A DNA stretch of 48,379 nucleotides from a virus. Lineage: Duplodnaviria; Caudoviricetes. Position 1 is the stretch's first letter; each line of letters opens with the position of its first letter. The stretch is taken from positions 1-48,379 of the IMG/VR virus record IMGVR_UViG_3300036794_000032; one strand, given 5' to 3'. Shown one piece after another: positions 1-9,993 of the stretch. Under the pieces are notes generated by a model, which saw only the letters and a list, made by a program, of their open reading frames with translations, was not told the origin of the DNA and made no database searches. A program made the translations under genes and the position numbers.

Positions 1-14
1 GCAGGAGACGGATA

Positions 15-140
15 ACCTCGACGACGATGCTGGTGACGTCGAGGTTATCCGTCTCCTGCACCGCTTGCTCGGCGCCGGTGATCGCCACGTATTCGTTGTT
101 CTGCAGCACCATCGCCCGAAGCTCGTTCACCGACGCTGAC
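15..140. repeat. 126-bp terminal direct repeat (circular-assembly overlap), copy 1
   Basis: acctcgacgacgatgc...accgacgctgac at 15-140 is identical to 48254-48379. Confidence 0.95.
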
Positions 141-1009
141 GCCGATCCGGAGGTTGCGGTCGAGGTGGTGGTCGCCGGCGACTGCGTTAGGCCGTTGAGG
201 TAGTTGATCGCAAGCTGGACTGCGGAAAGATTGCTTCCGGTTGATGAGCCCTGGTAGGGCTGGTTGTAGTTGAGGTGCCCGTTGACGTTGCTGCTCACCG
301 ATAGGAACGGGAAGAACAGTTCGCACGCGATCTGCCACAGCGCGGGGATTTGCGCGGACAGGTCCGGCAGCGCGGCGGTCAATACGCCGACGATGCCGTC
401 GAATTCGGTGATTCCGGTTGTGGTGAAGGTCAGATCGACGATCTGAGTGAAATCTGTGCCAGCGGTGTCGTCGCCGGTGGTGGTGACTGGGTCGAGCGGG
501 CCGGAGTTGGCGAAGTCCCACCAGCTATCGGGCACCGACGTCATGCGGTAGTCCGCGCCCATCGCGCCGTGGCCACCGGGGTCAATTCCGCCCGGGATGG
601 TATGCCCGGCCTTGCGGACTGGGCTGCCGAACGTGACGGTACCGAGCCAGTCGTTAGCGCGGTTCGCGAGCGCGCCGCCGGGCTGAAGCTCGTTGTACAC
701 CAGGGCCGCGACGACGCATCCCAGGCTGTAGGCGCAGAACGCGAACGGTCCGGTCGTCGCGGTGATCGTGGCGACAGCGTTAGCCGCGCCTGCTTGGCAA
801 CCCGTTTCGATGGTGTAGCCAGCGGTGAAAACCTCTGTGCCGCTACCGTCCCACGGCATGTGCGCGCCCGGGTAGTCGATCGCGACAACGTTCCAGCTGG
901 ACTTGTCGACCCCTTCGGCGACTTGCAGGTCGAACTGGTTGAGGTCGCCGAACAACGGGACGAACGTCGCGGCGCCAGTGCCCGCGAATGTGTAGAGGGT
1001 GGCGGTCAC
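15..1009 (-). CDS. Large minor tail protein, N-terminal part: LysB/cutinase-like alpha/beta-hydrolase domain; continues across the contig junction into 48379
   Basis: Manually translated because it is absent from the ORF track (no stop before the contig edge). GTG at 1009 overlaps the upstream TGA. Reads MTATLYTFAGTG...IDYPG...FCAYSLG...TFGSPVR...WWDFANSGPLDP...GHLNY, then a Ser/Thr linker, then VNELRAMVLQ in frame with ORF 46675..48369. Confidence 0.88.
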
Positions 1010-2067
1010 GCTGGCCACCGGCGCAGCGGCGTGCCGTAGGCGATCAGCTTCGTTGCGCCGCTGCCGCCGGTAATTTGCACGGGGATCGACGACTCCACGG
1101 GTGCTGCGGCGACTGGTTTCTTCGGCAGCGACGTCGTGAAGCGGCCGTTGAGCAAGCTGTAGAACGGGCCCTGCGGCGCTTGGATCCCGAAATAGGATTC
1201 GAACTGTTGCAGCAGCGGCGGTACGTTGCCGTTCGTCGCCAAACTGATGACGGTCTCGATGAACTGCTGCCACTGGTTGAGCTGCGTCGGGGTGCCTGTT
1301 GCCGTGGTCGTCGACAAGTCGTAGACGCCGCGCTTGCGGGGATTGGTGCGCAGCAACGCGATCTGGTTTTCCAGCAGCGGCCCGAAGGTGATCATCGACT
1401 GTGAATTCGGGCCGTTACCGATCGATACGGTGCCAGGCCCGTAGAACAGGTAATCCGGCCAGAACACCTCGGTGCCGATGTTTGTGAGCGTGATGAATCC
1501 CGACGCGGCACCCCCGGCGGGCAGTGTGGTTCCGGCCGTCGGGAACTGGTCGACGCAGTCGAGGACGAACCGCCAGAACGCGTCGTCGATCCGGGTAGTC
1601 CACACGAACGGCTGACGGCAGTGCTGCGTGCCCAAAATGTCGTCGGTGGGTGCCTTGAACCAGCGGGCGCTCGCCCACCAGCGGCCCATATCCGCTGTGT
1701 CGAAGTTGAATTGGTTCGGCAGAGTGGGATCCCACGAGTCGATCCAGTCGCGGATGAACCTGCGTGTGATCGCCGGTGTCGAGCCGCGCACCTCGACGGG
1801 CATGTCGATGACGATCGGGTCATAGAGCGACTTGTTGAACGTGACGCCGTCCTGGTTGGCCCCCTTCTGGTCTTTGATCTGCCAGGTCGGGATGAGGCCT
1901 TTGATTTTCTTGACGGTGACGCCGTCACGGGTGATCGGTGCGCGGCCGCCCATGACCTGCCACGCGACGTTCTTGTCGTAGGAGATGCAGCTGACGTTGT
2001 AGCCGTCGCCGCGCAGGAACTGGTATGCGCCGTACGGTGTGATCGACCCGGCCGGGTAGGTGATCAA
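1006..2067 (-). CDS. Minor tail protein (distal tail/Dit-like)
   Basis: 353 aa, directly after the tape measure gene with a 4-nt overlap; resembles the first mycobacteriophage minor tail protein. Confidence 0.85.
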   Translation of the reverse strand: MITYPAGSITPYGAYQFLRGDGYNVSCISYDKNVAWQVMGGRAPITRDGVTVKKIKGLIPTWQIKDQKGANQDGVTFNKSLYDPIVIDMPVEVRGSTPAITRRFIRDWIDSWDPTLPNQFNFDTADMGRWWASARWFKAPTDDILGTQHCRQPFVWTTRIDDAFWRFVLDCVDQFPTAGTTLPAGGAASGFITLTNIGTEVFWPDYLFYGPGTVSIGNGPNSQSMITFGPLLENQIALLRTNPRKRGVYDLSTTTATGTPTQLNQWQQFIETVISLATNGNVPPLLQQFESYFGIQAPQGPFYSLLNGRFTTSLPKKPVAAAPVESSIPVQITGGSGATKLIAYGTPLRRWPA

Positions 2068-5000
2068 CGGCCCTGTCCGGCGTTGTAGCTGGAGTACTGC
2101 GCGCGCGAAAGTGCTTGGGCGACTTCGTCGCCGTTGTTCACGCCGTAGTTGTGCTGCTCACCGATGAGCGGTGACTCGCCCTTGCCGCCGGACATCGCTG
2201 CGGACTTTTGGTCGACCTGGTCTTTGCTGAGCTGCGGCGTCTGCTTGCCGGCCATGTTCTGCCCGGCCGGGCGGGCACCGGCGACCGCGCCGAGCAATTT
2301 CCCGGGGATCGTGTTAGAGAAGTTCGCCAGCGGGGTGTCGTCGGGCAGGAACGTCTGCATCAACGCTTCGGTGCCGATGGCTGCGGCTTGGCCGGCGTAG
2401 CCGATGGTGCGGCCGGCGAGAGCGAAGGCCAGCGAACCGCCGGGGAACATGCCCGCCGCCTGGCCGCCAGCACCACCCGAGATCCCGAGACCGGGCGACG
2501 AGTTGCCTTGGTTGAACGGCAACGACTGCGTACCGTCCTGCTTTTGGCCGCTCCCCGTGGGGGTTTCACCCTGCGGGGATGCGGGTCCCGGTGTGGTCGG
2601 GGGCGGCGTAGGAGGTCTCGGCGCTGGTACTGCGGCGGCCGAGGTGGCTTGAGTTTCGGGATCGTCGACGCCCGCTAGGCCGCCAACGCCGTAGTAGTGC
2701 ACCGAGGCTGGGTCGACGCGGCCGTCGTTGACGGCTTGCATGAAGCCGGGGCCGTACTTGTCGACGGCCGACTTTCGTTCGGTGAATTCGCCGGGTGAGA
2801 GCCACGCGGGGATGGTGTCGGTGCCGGAGGGTCCGCCGGTGGATCGATGCACCGCGTCGTCACCGAAGATCGGCGCGCCCGGAAGCCCTCCATAGGTCGG
2901 TTGGTTGGACCACCCGTGCTGCGCAGCAGCATTCAGCATGTCCTGCATCGACGAGCCGCCGGGTTTGAACGAGACGGGCGGCGGGTTGCTCCACGAGTGG
3001 TCTGGCGTGATCAGGCGAGGATCTATCTGGCCCGTACTGGGCGGCCCGGCCGCATTGGGATTCCCGGACTGATACCGGTTCTGAAGGTCGATGCCGAATG
3101 GGTTCGTGCCCGCATACATGTCGGTCGCTGCCGGATACCAGTCCTTGTAAAAATTGCTCGCCGGTGCGGGAGGTGCAACGGGTGAATCGCCGGCCCTTGG
3201 ATACCAGTCCTTGTAAAAGTTGGCGCCGGAACTTGGTGTCGTGGAAGCCGCAGAACTGGATGACGGCGCGGCGTTACTTCCGGGACTTCCTGAGGGAGAA
3301 GCGGATCCAGATGGGAACGCCCCACCGCTTCCGGGGACTCCGGTAAATACGGCCGGCATCGCTGCGCCCGACCACGATCCGACACCTGCCGCTGTCGGCG
3401 ACGGCATGTTCCCGCCGAACCCGGCTAGCGACGACATTCCCGCGCCATCCGACCCCATGGCGCCTAATCCGTCGCCGCCACCCATGCCGAGGCTCGCCGC
3501 CCACGGCGCCATCGCCATGTCGCCGATCCAGTCGACAAGCCACTCAGCCATTCCAGGCAGGCCGCCACCGACACCGAAGTTGCCGGGCAGCGGCGTCGCC
3601 AGCATCGAGCCCCCAGAACCGCCTCGGCCACCGCGCCCGGAATGGAATGTGCCGCGCTGCGCCTCGGCCTGCGCCTGCTGCGCCGACGTTAACTCCCGTT
3701 CCGCGTCGAGCACCTGGTCGTGGGCGCGGTCCTTCTCAGATTGCTGGGCGTTCGCCTTCTTCAGTACTTCGGCTTCACGCTCACGGGCCTCTGTCAAACG
3801 CTCAGTGGCACGGGCGAATCGGTTGTTCGCCGCGTCCATCTTGGCCGGATCAGCCTCGAAAAAGCCGCCACCGCCGAGGCCGCCCATGCCCATGCCGCCA
3901 GCGCCCCCCATACCACCGCCGGCCATGCCAAGAGCACCGCCCATCACCGCAGGCGCGGGGCGCCCAGAAGTGCCTTGCGGCATCGACCCGGCACCCGCAG
4001 GACCAGGACCCGCGCCCTGCATGAAACCGCCGCCCGCAGTGCGGATGTGGACGTGGTCCATGTGGTTCTGGGTTGGGCTACCGCGATCCCCCATCGGCGA
4101 ATGCGATCCATCGGGATTCCACTGCGTCTGCTGCCACAGCACGTATTCCACGCCGAACATGGCCGCATTGGCGAGCGCCCACGATGCGACCTGGTTGCCG
4201 AGATCACGGTTGTTGCCGACCATGATGTCTGCCGCTTCACCCGAGCTGTGTTCGTTGAAGCCGTCCGGCGCACGGTAGCCGCCGATCGTCACACCGGGAA
4301 ACATTTGCGCGACGGTTTGCGCGACAGCCATGGTGTCGACCTGCATGCCGGTGGTGTCGACATTGCCGATCGCGCCGCCACCGGCGCGGTGCAACACCGC
4401 ATCCCGCATCGCATACATGGCGCCGTGTCCGCCAGCGGCCTGGACCTCGTTGTGCGTCCACACATGCTCACCGGCAGCACCCCAAAACAGCGCCGAATCA
4501 CGGCCAGGCGCCCCCGGAGCATTTAACGGGCCACCGTCAGCGTGACTGGTCAGTTGGTTGTACAAACCCCAGCCTGCGCCCCCGACGCCGCCGATCGCTG
4601 TCCCCCAAGGGCCGAACACGCTACCCATGGCGGCGCCGGTGGCCGCATCGGTGCCTATGACGGCCGCGTTATGCAAAAAGCCGGAGGAACCGGCCGCGTC
4701 CTGTGCCGCGTTGCCGACGATTTGAGCACCTGCCGCCAACGCACCGGCCCGCGCCAACCGACCGAGCGCGCCACTAAGCCTGGACGCTCCCGCTTCAGCC
4801 CCAGCCTCCCCGTCGATGATCGAACCAAGACCGCGGGCGACAGGAGCCAACACCGTCTCGGCGATGTTCGCCGCCTTAAAAATCGCCCACGCACCGGCCA
4901 TCGCACCAACGCCGTCAACGACGGCATGCATAACAGCCGGATGACGGGCAAACGTGTCAGCCACGTCCTTACCGATGTTCGCGACCTCAGTCATCAGCGG

Positions 5001-6725
5001 AACGAACGTCTCGCCGATCTCAATCGCAGCAGCGCCGAACGATGCTTTGACGTCGCGCATTTTGGCGTTCAAACCCTCTTGGGACTCAGCGAAGCCCTTG
5101 ACGTTGCCCTGCGCATCTGTGTAGGTGCCCGCGATGTCCTTGATCGTCTGGTTGACGCGCTCGGTGTTCTCACCCGAGAGTTGCAGCGCAACCGACTGGC
5201 CTGCAACGGTTCCCGTCACCGCGCGCATCGCTGCCGCCAATGTTTCCAGGTTGTCGCGGCCCGTTTTCGTGGCCTTACTGAATCCGTCGACCTTGAGGTT
5301 CAGCTGCTCGAACTGCAGCAGCTTCGCTGCATCCTCGCCGCCCATGGCGCGCGCCTCTTTGGTGAAGGCCTTCACGCCGATCTCGTTGTTCTTGAACTGC
5401 GTCGCCAATTCCTGCGCGTGCGGCGACATCTGCGTCACCATCGCGTCGAGATCGCCGACAGCCTGAGCGTTTTTCAGTAGCTCGCCCTGGTCGAGCAGGT
5501 TGGAGCCCGGGATGACCTTCTGGGAGATAACGCCATACAGGTACTGCATCGTCCCGGCGAGCCCGCGCTGCGACAGCTTCTGAGACACTTCGTCGGCGTT
5601 GATCCCGAACTGCGCCATCGCATCCCGAGCGGGCTGAGACTGCCCGGTGAACGCGTTGATCGCGTTCCGCATGTTCTCGGTGGCTTGTTCGGCGGATGTG
5701 CCGGATTGGGTGATCTGCGCGAGGCTTCCCCACACGTCTTCAAGACGGAGGTGCGCCGCGGCGGCGACAGGCTCAACTGAGTGGAGCGCGCCAGCGAAAT
5801 CTTGGAAGTTCGTCTTGGCGGCGCCGACCGCGGTGACCATCTGCGACATCAACCGCGCAGCCTGATCAGGTGCAACGTGGAAGTCCGTCATAGACGTGGT
5901 GAGGCCGTCGACGACTTCTTTCAGATCGGCCTGCTCAGCACCGGCGCCCTGGGCCGCGGCCTGCAACACCTTCAGCCCATCCGAGCCGCGGAACCCGGCC
6001 TTTTCGACGGTATACATTGCCTCGGTGAGCTGGCCGGCGGAATACCCGACGTTGCCGGCCATCTGCAGGATTCCGTCAGAGACGACTTTCAGGTTGCCCG
6101 TGAATTGGCCGCCCAACATCTGGCCGGTTTCTCCAGCGGAAGCGTTGAGTTTGATCATCGCTTCCTGGAAATCGCCTGCACGGTGGGTGGTTTCGGCCAT
6201 CGCGATGCCGGTCGCGGCGACCGCGCCAACCCCCAGGACATTCCAAGCGCGCCCCGCGGTCTCAGCCGCTGTACCGGCGGCCACCGCGGAATCACCGAGA
6301 CGCTGCTGGGCCGCCGCGGTGTTGACCATCGCCGACTCATGCCGGCGCAACGCCTGCTCGTTCGCCCGGCGCGCATCCACCAGCGCACGCTCGGCCCGGG
6401 CCGCTTCCAGCGTCGTCGCGGTGTCCGACGCCTGCACCGCAACCTTGCGGCGCAACGCCACCTCGACCTCGCTGGCACGGCGCACCGACATGTCCGCCGC
6501 GGCCTTCTCGGCCGCCGCCAGCTTCGCGTACTCCGACTGCAAACCGCGCAGCTCGGATTGCGCTGCGCTGGTCTTCAAACCGCCGAGCGCCCGCGTGATC
6601 CGGCCGCCGAAACCACTCGCGATCTCGTCGCCGGTGCGCGAGAAGATCCGCAACGCCTCATTCGCCGCGGCCTCAGCCATAGCGAGGTTGAGCTGAGTTC
6701 GCACCTCAAGATCCAGTGACGGCAT
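2064..6725 (-). CDS. Tape measure protein with an embedded peptidoglycan-peptidase-like segment
   Basis: 1553 aa, Ala/Gly-rich, TP901-type core, follows the chaperones. Contains GGYR..EHSSGEAADIM..HMDHVHI and GTDTIPAWLSPGEF motifs. Confidence 0.93.
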   Translation of the reverse strand: MPSLDLEVRTQLNLAMAEAAANEALRIFSRTGDEIASGFGGRITRALGGLKTSAAQSELRGLQSEYAKLAAAEKAAADMSVRRASEVEVALRRKVAVQASDTATTLEAARAERALVDARRANEQALRRHESAMVNTAAAQQRLGDSAVAAGTAAETAGRAWNVLGVGAVAATGIAMAETTHRAGDFQEAMIKLNASAGETGQMLGGQFTGNLKVVSDGILQMAGNVGYSAGQLTEAMYTVEKAGFRGSDGLKVLQAAAQGAGAEQADLKEVVDGLTTSMTDFHVAPDQAARLMSQMVTAVGAAKTNFQDFAGALHSVEPVAAAAHLRLEDVWGSLAQITQSGTSAEQATENMRNAINAFTGQSQPARDAMAQFGINADEVSQKLSQRGLAGTMQYLYGVISQKVIPGSNLLDQGELLKNAQAVGDLDAMVTQMSPHAQELATQFKNNEIGVKAFTKEARAMGGEDAAKLLQFEQLNLKVDGFSKATKTGRDNLETLAAAMRAVTGTVAGQSVALQLSGENTERVNQTIKDIAGTYTDAQGNVKGFAESQEGLNAKMRDVKASFGAAAIEIGETFVPLMTEVANIGKDVADTFARHPAVMHAVVDGVGAMAGAWAIFKAANIAETVLAPVARGLGSIIDGEAGAEAGASRLSGALGRLARAGALAAGAQIVGNAAQDAAGSSGFLHNAAVIGTDAATGAAMGSVFGPWGTAIGGVGGAGWGLYNQLTSHADGGPLNAPGAPGRDSALFWGAAGEHVWTHNEVQAAGGHGAMYAMRDAVLHRAGGGAIGNVDTTGMQVDTMAVAQTVAQMFPGVTIGGYRAPDGFNEHSSGEAADIMVGNNRDLGNQVASWALANAAMFGVEYVLWQQTQWNPDGSHSPMGDRGSPTQNHMDHVHIRTAGGGFMQGAGPGPAGAGSMPQGTSGRPAPAVMGGALGMAGGGMGGAGGMGMGGLGGGGFFEADPAKMDAANNRFARATERLTEAREREAEVLKKANAQQSEKDRAHDQVLDAERELTSAQQAQAEAQRGTFHSGRGGRGGSGGSMLATPLPGNFGVGGGLPGMAEWLVDWIGDMAMAPWAASLGMGGGDGLGAMGSDGAGMSSLAGFGGNMPSPTAAGVGSWSGAAMPAVFTGVPGSGGAFPSGSASPSGSPGSNAAPSSSSAASTTPSSGANFYKDWYPRAGDSPVAPPAPASNFYKDWYPAATDMYAGTNPFGIDLQNRYQSGNPNAAGPPSTGQIDPRLITPDHSWSNPPPVSFKPGGSSMQDMLNAAAQHGWSNQPTYGGLPGAPIFGDDAVHRSTGGPSGTDTIPAWLSPGEFTERKSAVDKYGPGFMQAVNDGRVDPASVHYYGVGGLAGVDDPETQATSAAAVPAPRPPTPPPTTPGPASPQGETPTGSGQKQDGTQSLPFNQGNSSPGLGISGGAGGQAAGMFPGGSLAFALAGRTIGYAGQAAAIGTEALMQTFLPDDTPLANFSNTIPGKLLGAVAGARPAGQNMAGKQTPQLSKDQVDQKSAAMSGGKGESPLIGEQHNYGVNNGDEVAQALSRAQYSSYNAGQGR

Positions 6726-6741
6726 GGCTCACCTCCCTCTG

Positions 6742-7161
6742 CTAAAGCCCGAAGGCCTGGTTCATGAATGCGTCGCGGTCCTCGTCGAGCAGCGCGTCGT
6801 CTTCGGCTATCTCGCGTACCTCGAGCGGCGACAGGAACCGTGCAGGCTCGTAGTCCTCGCCGCCGGCGGCCAAACTCGTCGCCCGCAGTAATTCGCTGAG
6901 CGTGTTGGCGGTACTGGCGGCGACGCGCATGTCGTCCGACCAGCCGTCGAAGCTGACCGCTTTCCTGAACTCGGAACCACTCGGTAAATGTTTAAGAATT
7001 GTGAGCAGCTCACGGCTGCTCATCCGGGAACCGTTCTCGAATCGCTTTGGGTAGGTGTGCCATTCGCCGATTCGGCGTCCCTTGTCGAGAAGGTCGGACT
7101 CAATCTCCGTCGGAAACCGGAGCCACCACCACATCGCCTGATCGACTTTTCGAGTCGTCAC
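6742..7161 (-). CDS. Tail assembly chaperone, C-terminal extension (reached by probable -1 frameshift)
   Basis: Overlaps the 3' end of the upstream chaperone in the -1 frame; CGAAAAG slippery-like site near 7146-7152; classic G/GT arrangement. Confidence 0.8.
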   Translation of the reverse strand: MTTRKVDQAMWWWLRFPTEIESDLLDKGRRIGEWHTYPKRFENGSRMSSRELLTILKHLPSGSEFRKAVSFDGWSDDMRVAASTANTLSELLRATSLAAGGEDYEPARFLSPLEVREIAEDDALLDEDRDAFMNQAFGL

Positions 7162-7609
7162 GCAGCCTATCCATCATGCGGCGATTCATCTCCGACCAGT
7201 GGACGCGGATCTGGCTCGATCGACCGTCAGCCTTGATGAACAGCTCGTAGGTGTCATCGCCCATCAGCGCCTTCGCGAGGCGAATATCGTTGGGCGCCAG
7301 GAGCGCACCGTCTTTGCGCGGCGGATCCATGACGTCGCCGCGGCTGATCACGCGGCCACTGTCGTCGGTTTGATCGGGATACCGATCGAGCTGGTCGACC
7401 TCGAACAGGTAAGCGTTGTAGCGTTCCTGCTGTTCGTCGTCGAGCAGAGACGGGTTCGGCAGTTCCCACGTCTTGCCGTCGCCCAGGTCGAACAAGCGGC
7501 CGCGGATGAAACCGAGGCATTCGGCGGCCTGTTCGCGGGCCTCTTCCGGCTTGGTGGGGCGCAGCAGCAGTGCGTTGACGTTGTCGTTGTTTTCGTCGTT
7601 TTCGGACAT
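7100..7609 (-). CDS. Tail assembly chaperone
   Basis: Lies between major tail and tape measure; ATG 7609 preceded by GAAAGGAA. Confidence 0.85.
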   Translation of the reverse strand: MSENDENNDNVNALLLRPTKPEEAREQAAECLGFIRGRLFDLGDGKTWELPNPSLLDDEQQERYNAYLFEVDQLDRYPDQTDDSGRVISRGDVMDPPRKDGALLAPNDIRLAKALMGDDTYELFIKADGRSSQIRVHWSEMNRRMMDRLRDDSKSRSGDVVVAPVSDGD

Positions 7610-7745
7610 AGCAGGGCTGTTCCTTTCAGGGGGCTGTGTCGGCACATCAGGGGGCTGTGTGGTTGGTGAAACCCGCGGGGCGGACGCCCAGCCCTGGAGG
7701 TGCCGACAAACACCAAAACGGCCGCCCCGCGGGGGATTACACGAT
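7610..7745 (-). promoter_or_regulatory. Structured intergenic RNA between major tail and chaperone genes
   Basis: 12-bp stem CCCGCGGGGCGG/CCGCCCCGCGGG followed by TTTC; loop sequence is complementary to downstream sequence; ACACAGCCCCCTGA occurs twice. Confidence 0.55.
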
Positions 7746-8795
7746 CTAGGTGATCGCGGTGACGGAGTTCGACAGCGGCAGCACGGTCGACAAGCTGTTG
7801 ACGCCGATCGCCGTGGGCTGGAAGGTGTACGAGGTGCCCACGGTCAGAGTTGTCGCGGTCAAGGTGACAGTGCCGCCGGACACGGAAGGCGACCCAAGCA
7901 ATGTCGACGCGACCAGCGCGCCGCTGCCAGCCTTCTGCTGCAGCGAGTACGTGAACGGACCATCCGGGCCGGCCGGAACCGGGAACGCCACGGTGGCCTT
8001 CGCCCCGGCGATCGCAGTCGCGGTGACCGTGGCGCTGTCCTCTTCAGGAGCGCCGCTGGCCGCGGTCCAGCCGGCGCCGGAACGCCAGATACCGGCCTGC
8101 AGCGGGGTGCCGTCGGTGTCGATGAACCACTCATCGAGCAGCTCATCCCACATCACGTCGAACGCATCGGGGTTCTTCTTGTCCCACTTGCGGGCGTTGA
8201 TCTTGTTCAGAGTGACGCGCGGCTTCGGGATCGCGGTGTACTCCTGCTGACCGTTGGCCTGGTCGGCGCGGATCAGCAGCAGCTGACGCTCGACCAGCGT
8301 GGCATCGGCGTACTTGCCGTAGAAGTATTGCGAGGCACCGTCCGAGGCAATGCTCGCCAGCGGCCGGTTGTACCGCAGGCAGTCGGTCAGCGCCCGCGAC
8401 TCAAACATCACGAACGACGCTGTGCCACCTTCCTTCTGAATGTCGGAGCGGATCTCCATGTTCGACTGCAGGATCTCCAACTTGTCGACCGTCATCTCCG
8501 GGGTCTCGTCGACGCCCTTCGGGTCCAGCGCGCCAGCCAGGTACCAGCCCTGGTTCGACGCCGAGTTGGTGACGAAGTTGCCGTCGTTGTCCTTGACCAC
8601 CGCCAGCAGATCGGTGCGGATGTTGCCGTCCTGCGCGAACGGATTGAACACCCCCGGACTGATGTTGGTGATGCCACCGAAGTAGTCGCGCACCAGCACG
8701 GCCACCAGGCCGCCACGCCGGACACGATCAGAGCGATAGTTGTTGAGGCCGGCCGCCTTGAAGCCACCCCCGACAGAGGGAACAGTCAGTGTCAT
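7746..8795 (-). CDS. Major tail protein with C-terminal Ig/FN3-like extension
   Basis: 349 aa, expected synteny, strong RBS; beta-rich Thr-rich C-terminus (TSYTFQPTAIG..S.LSNSVT). Confidence 0.88.
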   Translation of the reverse strand: MTLTVPSVGGGFKAAGLNNYRSDRVRRGGLVAVLVRDYFGGITNISPGVFNPFAQDGNIRTDLLAVVKDNDGNFVTNSASNQGWYLAGALDPKGVDETPEMTVDKLEILQSNMEIRSDIQKEGGTASFVMFESRALTDCLRYNRPLASIASDGASQYFYGKYADATLVERQLLLIRADQANGQQEYTAIPKPRVTLNKINARKWDKKNPDAFDVMWDELLDEWFIDTDGTPLQAGIWRSGAGWTAASGAPEEDSATVTATAIAGAKATVAFPVPAGPDGPFTYSLQQKAGSGALVASTLLGSPSVSGGTVTLTATTLTVGTSYTFQPTAIGVNSLSTVLPLSNSVTAIT

Positions 8796-8873
8796 GAGTT
8801 GAATTTCCTTTCGGACATGCGGGGTTAATCGCCGAAGGCCATCCGGCGGAAATGGGTTGTGCTAAGGGCTGAT

Positions 8874-9296
8874 TCAGACGAGCTTTAAGCCGAGCTCGTA
8901 ACGGCCGACATACCGAATCACCGAAGTGTCGTGATAATTCACTTTCTTCGGTAGCTCTTTGACGTCGAAGTACTCCAGGCCGGCGATACTGCCGTCGGCC
9001 ATCTGCACCTCAGTCGTTGGGTCATCCATGAGCAGCATCAGGCGACGGTGCGTGATGCTGGATGCGCGCATGGCCAACGTGTCAGGGATATCCCCGGCGG
9101 TGTCACCGAACGTATGCACCGAAACCAGCGGCCACTCGCTGAACAAGTCGCCGCTGCCGTCGATCTGGGTGACCATCCGAAACGGCAACGGATCTCCGGG
9201 GTTTCGCAATGTGCCGCAGGCTCCGAGAGGCGCCAGCCACGCCAGCAGAAACGCTTGCGCGTTCGGTGCCGCGCGCCCTAGAAGTTCGACGCTCAT
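8874..9296 (-). CDS. Tail terminator
   Basis: 140 aa just before the major tail gene; LPFRMV..I.G and VSVHTF motifs. Confidence 0.8.
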   Translation of the reverse strand: MSVELLGRAAPNAQAFLLAWLAPLGACGTLRNPGDPLPFRMVTQIDGSGDLFSEWPLVSVHTFGDTAGDIPDTLAMRASSITHRRLMLLMDDPTTEVQMADGSIAGLEYFDVKELPKKVNYHDTSVIRYVGRYELGLKLV

Positions 9297-9592
9297 TTCC
9301 CGTTGAAGTGCAGCTCGGTGCGGGCCCGGACAGCGAACTCTTCGTTGTGAATGCTGCCGTACTCCAGCAGATTCCAGGTGTCCAGGCCGAAGTGAATGCG
9401 GACGTCGTCACCGTTCGCGATCACCTCGATCGAGTCACGGTGATCACCGGGGTGCTTATCCGGTGGGACACCGACCGGGGTGATCGACCGCGCGTACTCG
9501 GCGCCCTCATGCGCCAAGTGGACCCGCGCCTCACGCACCTCGTGATGACTCATCGCAGCCTCGGCGAGCTCGGCCGCCAAATAGATCGCCAT
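9293..9592 (-). CDS. Head-tail/neck protein (HK97 gp10-like)
   Basis: YARSITPV..G.HRDSI..LLEYGS; synteny. Confidence 0.72.
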   Translation of the reverse strand: MAIYLAAELAEAAMSHHEVREARVHLAHEGAEYARSITPVGVPPDKHPGDHRDSIEVIANGDDVRIHFGLDTWNLLEYGSIHNEEFAVRARTELHFNGK

Positions 9593-9993
9593 CAGCCCTC
9601 CTGAAACTCGACGAGGCAGAACACGTGATCCGGGGTGCCGGCCAAATTGACCTCGACGGTGGCGTCACCGCGCATATCCCACAACTGACCGCCCGGACAC
9701 GGGTACTGAATCTGCTGGCCAGTAACGAGCGCAGTGGTGTCGTCGTCAGGAGGCAGAAACACCCACGCCACTTTCTTCGTCGTGCGCGTGGTGTCGGTGA
9801 CATTCTCGGCCTGCTTAACGAACGTCGTTGCCGGAGACTGCACTTCGAAAACGCAACCCGTCTTCGGGATCACCGAAGGTTCGGACTGCATCTGCTCTTC
9901 CATCAGCTCAGTGAGGACGGGATTGCCGTCACCATCGAGCACAGGAACCTGAGTCGCGATCCCCACTGTCTGCTGACCGATCGGGAAGATCAT
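9592..9993 (-). CDS. Head-to-tail stopper
   Basis: 133 aa, synteny, translationally coupled to neighbours. Confidence 0.7.
   Translation of the reverse strand: MIFPIGQQTVGIATQVPVLDGDGNPVLTELMEEQMQSEPSVIPKTGCVFEVQSPATTFVKQAENVTDTTRTTKKVAWVFLPPDDDTTALVTGQQIQYPCPGGQLWDMRGDATVEVNLAGTPDHVFCLVEFQEG

Noticed and set aside
1-59. 23-bp perfect inverted repeat (1-23 versus 37-59) suggesting a hairpin telomere
   Set aside because: The first 14 nt disagree with the second copy of this sequence at 48240-48253, which continues the tail ORF. Best explained as a fold-back read artefact at the contig end; no protelomerase gene is seen.
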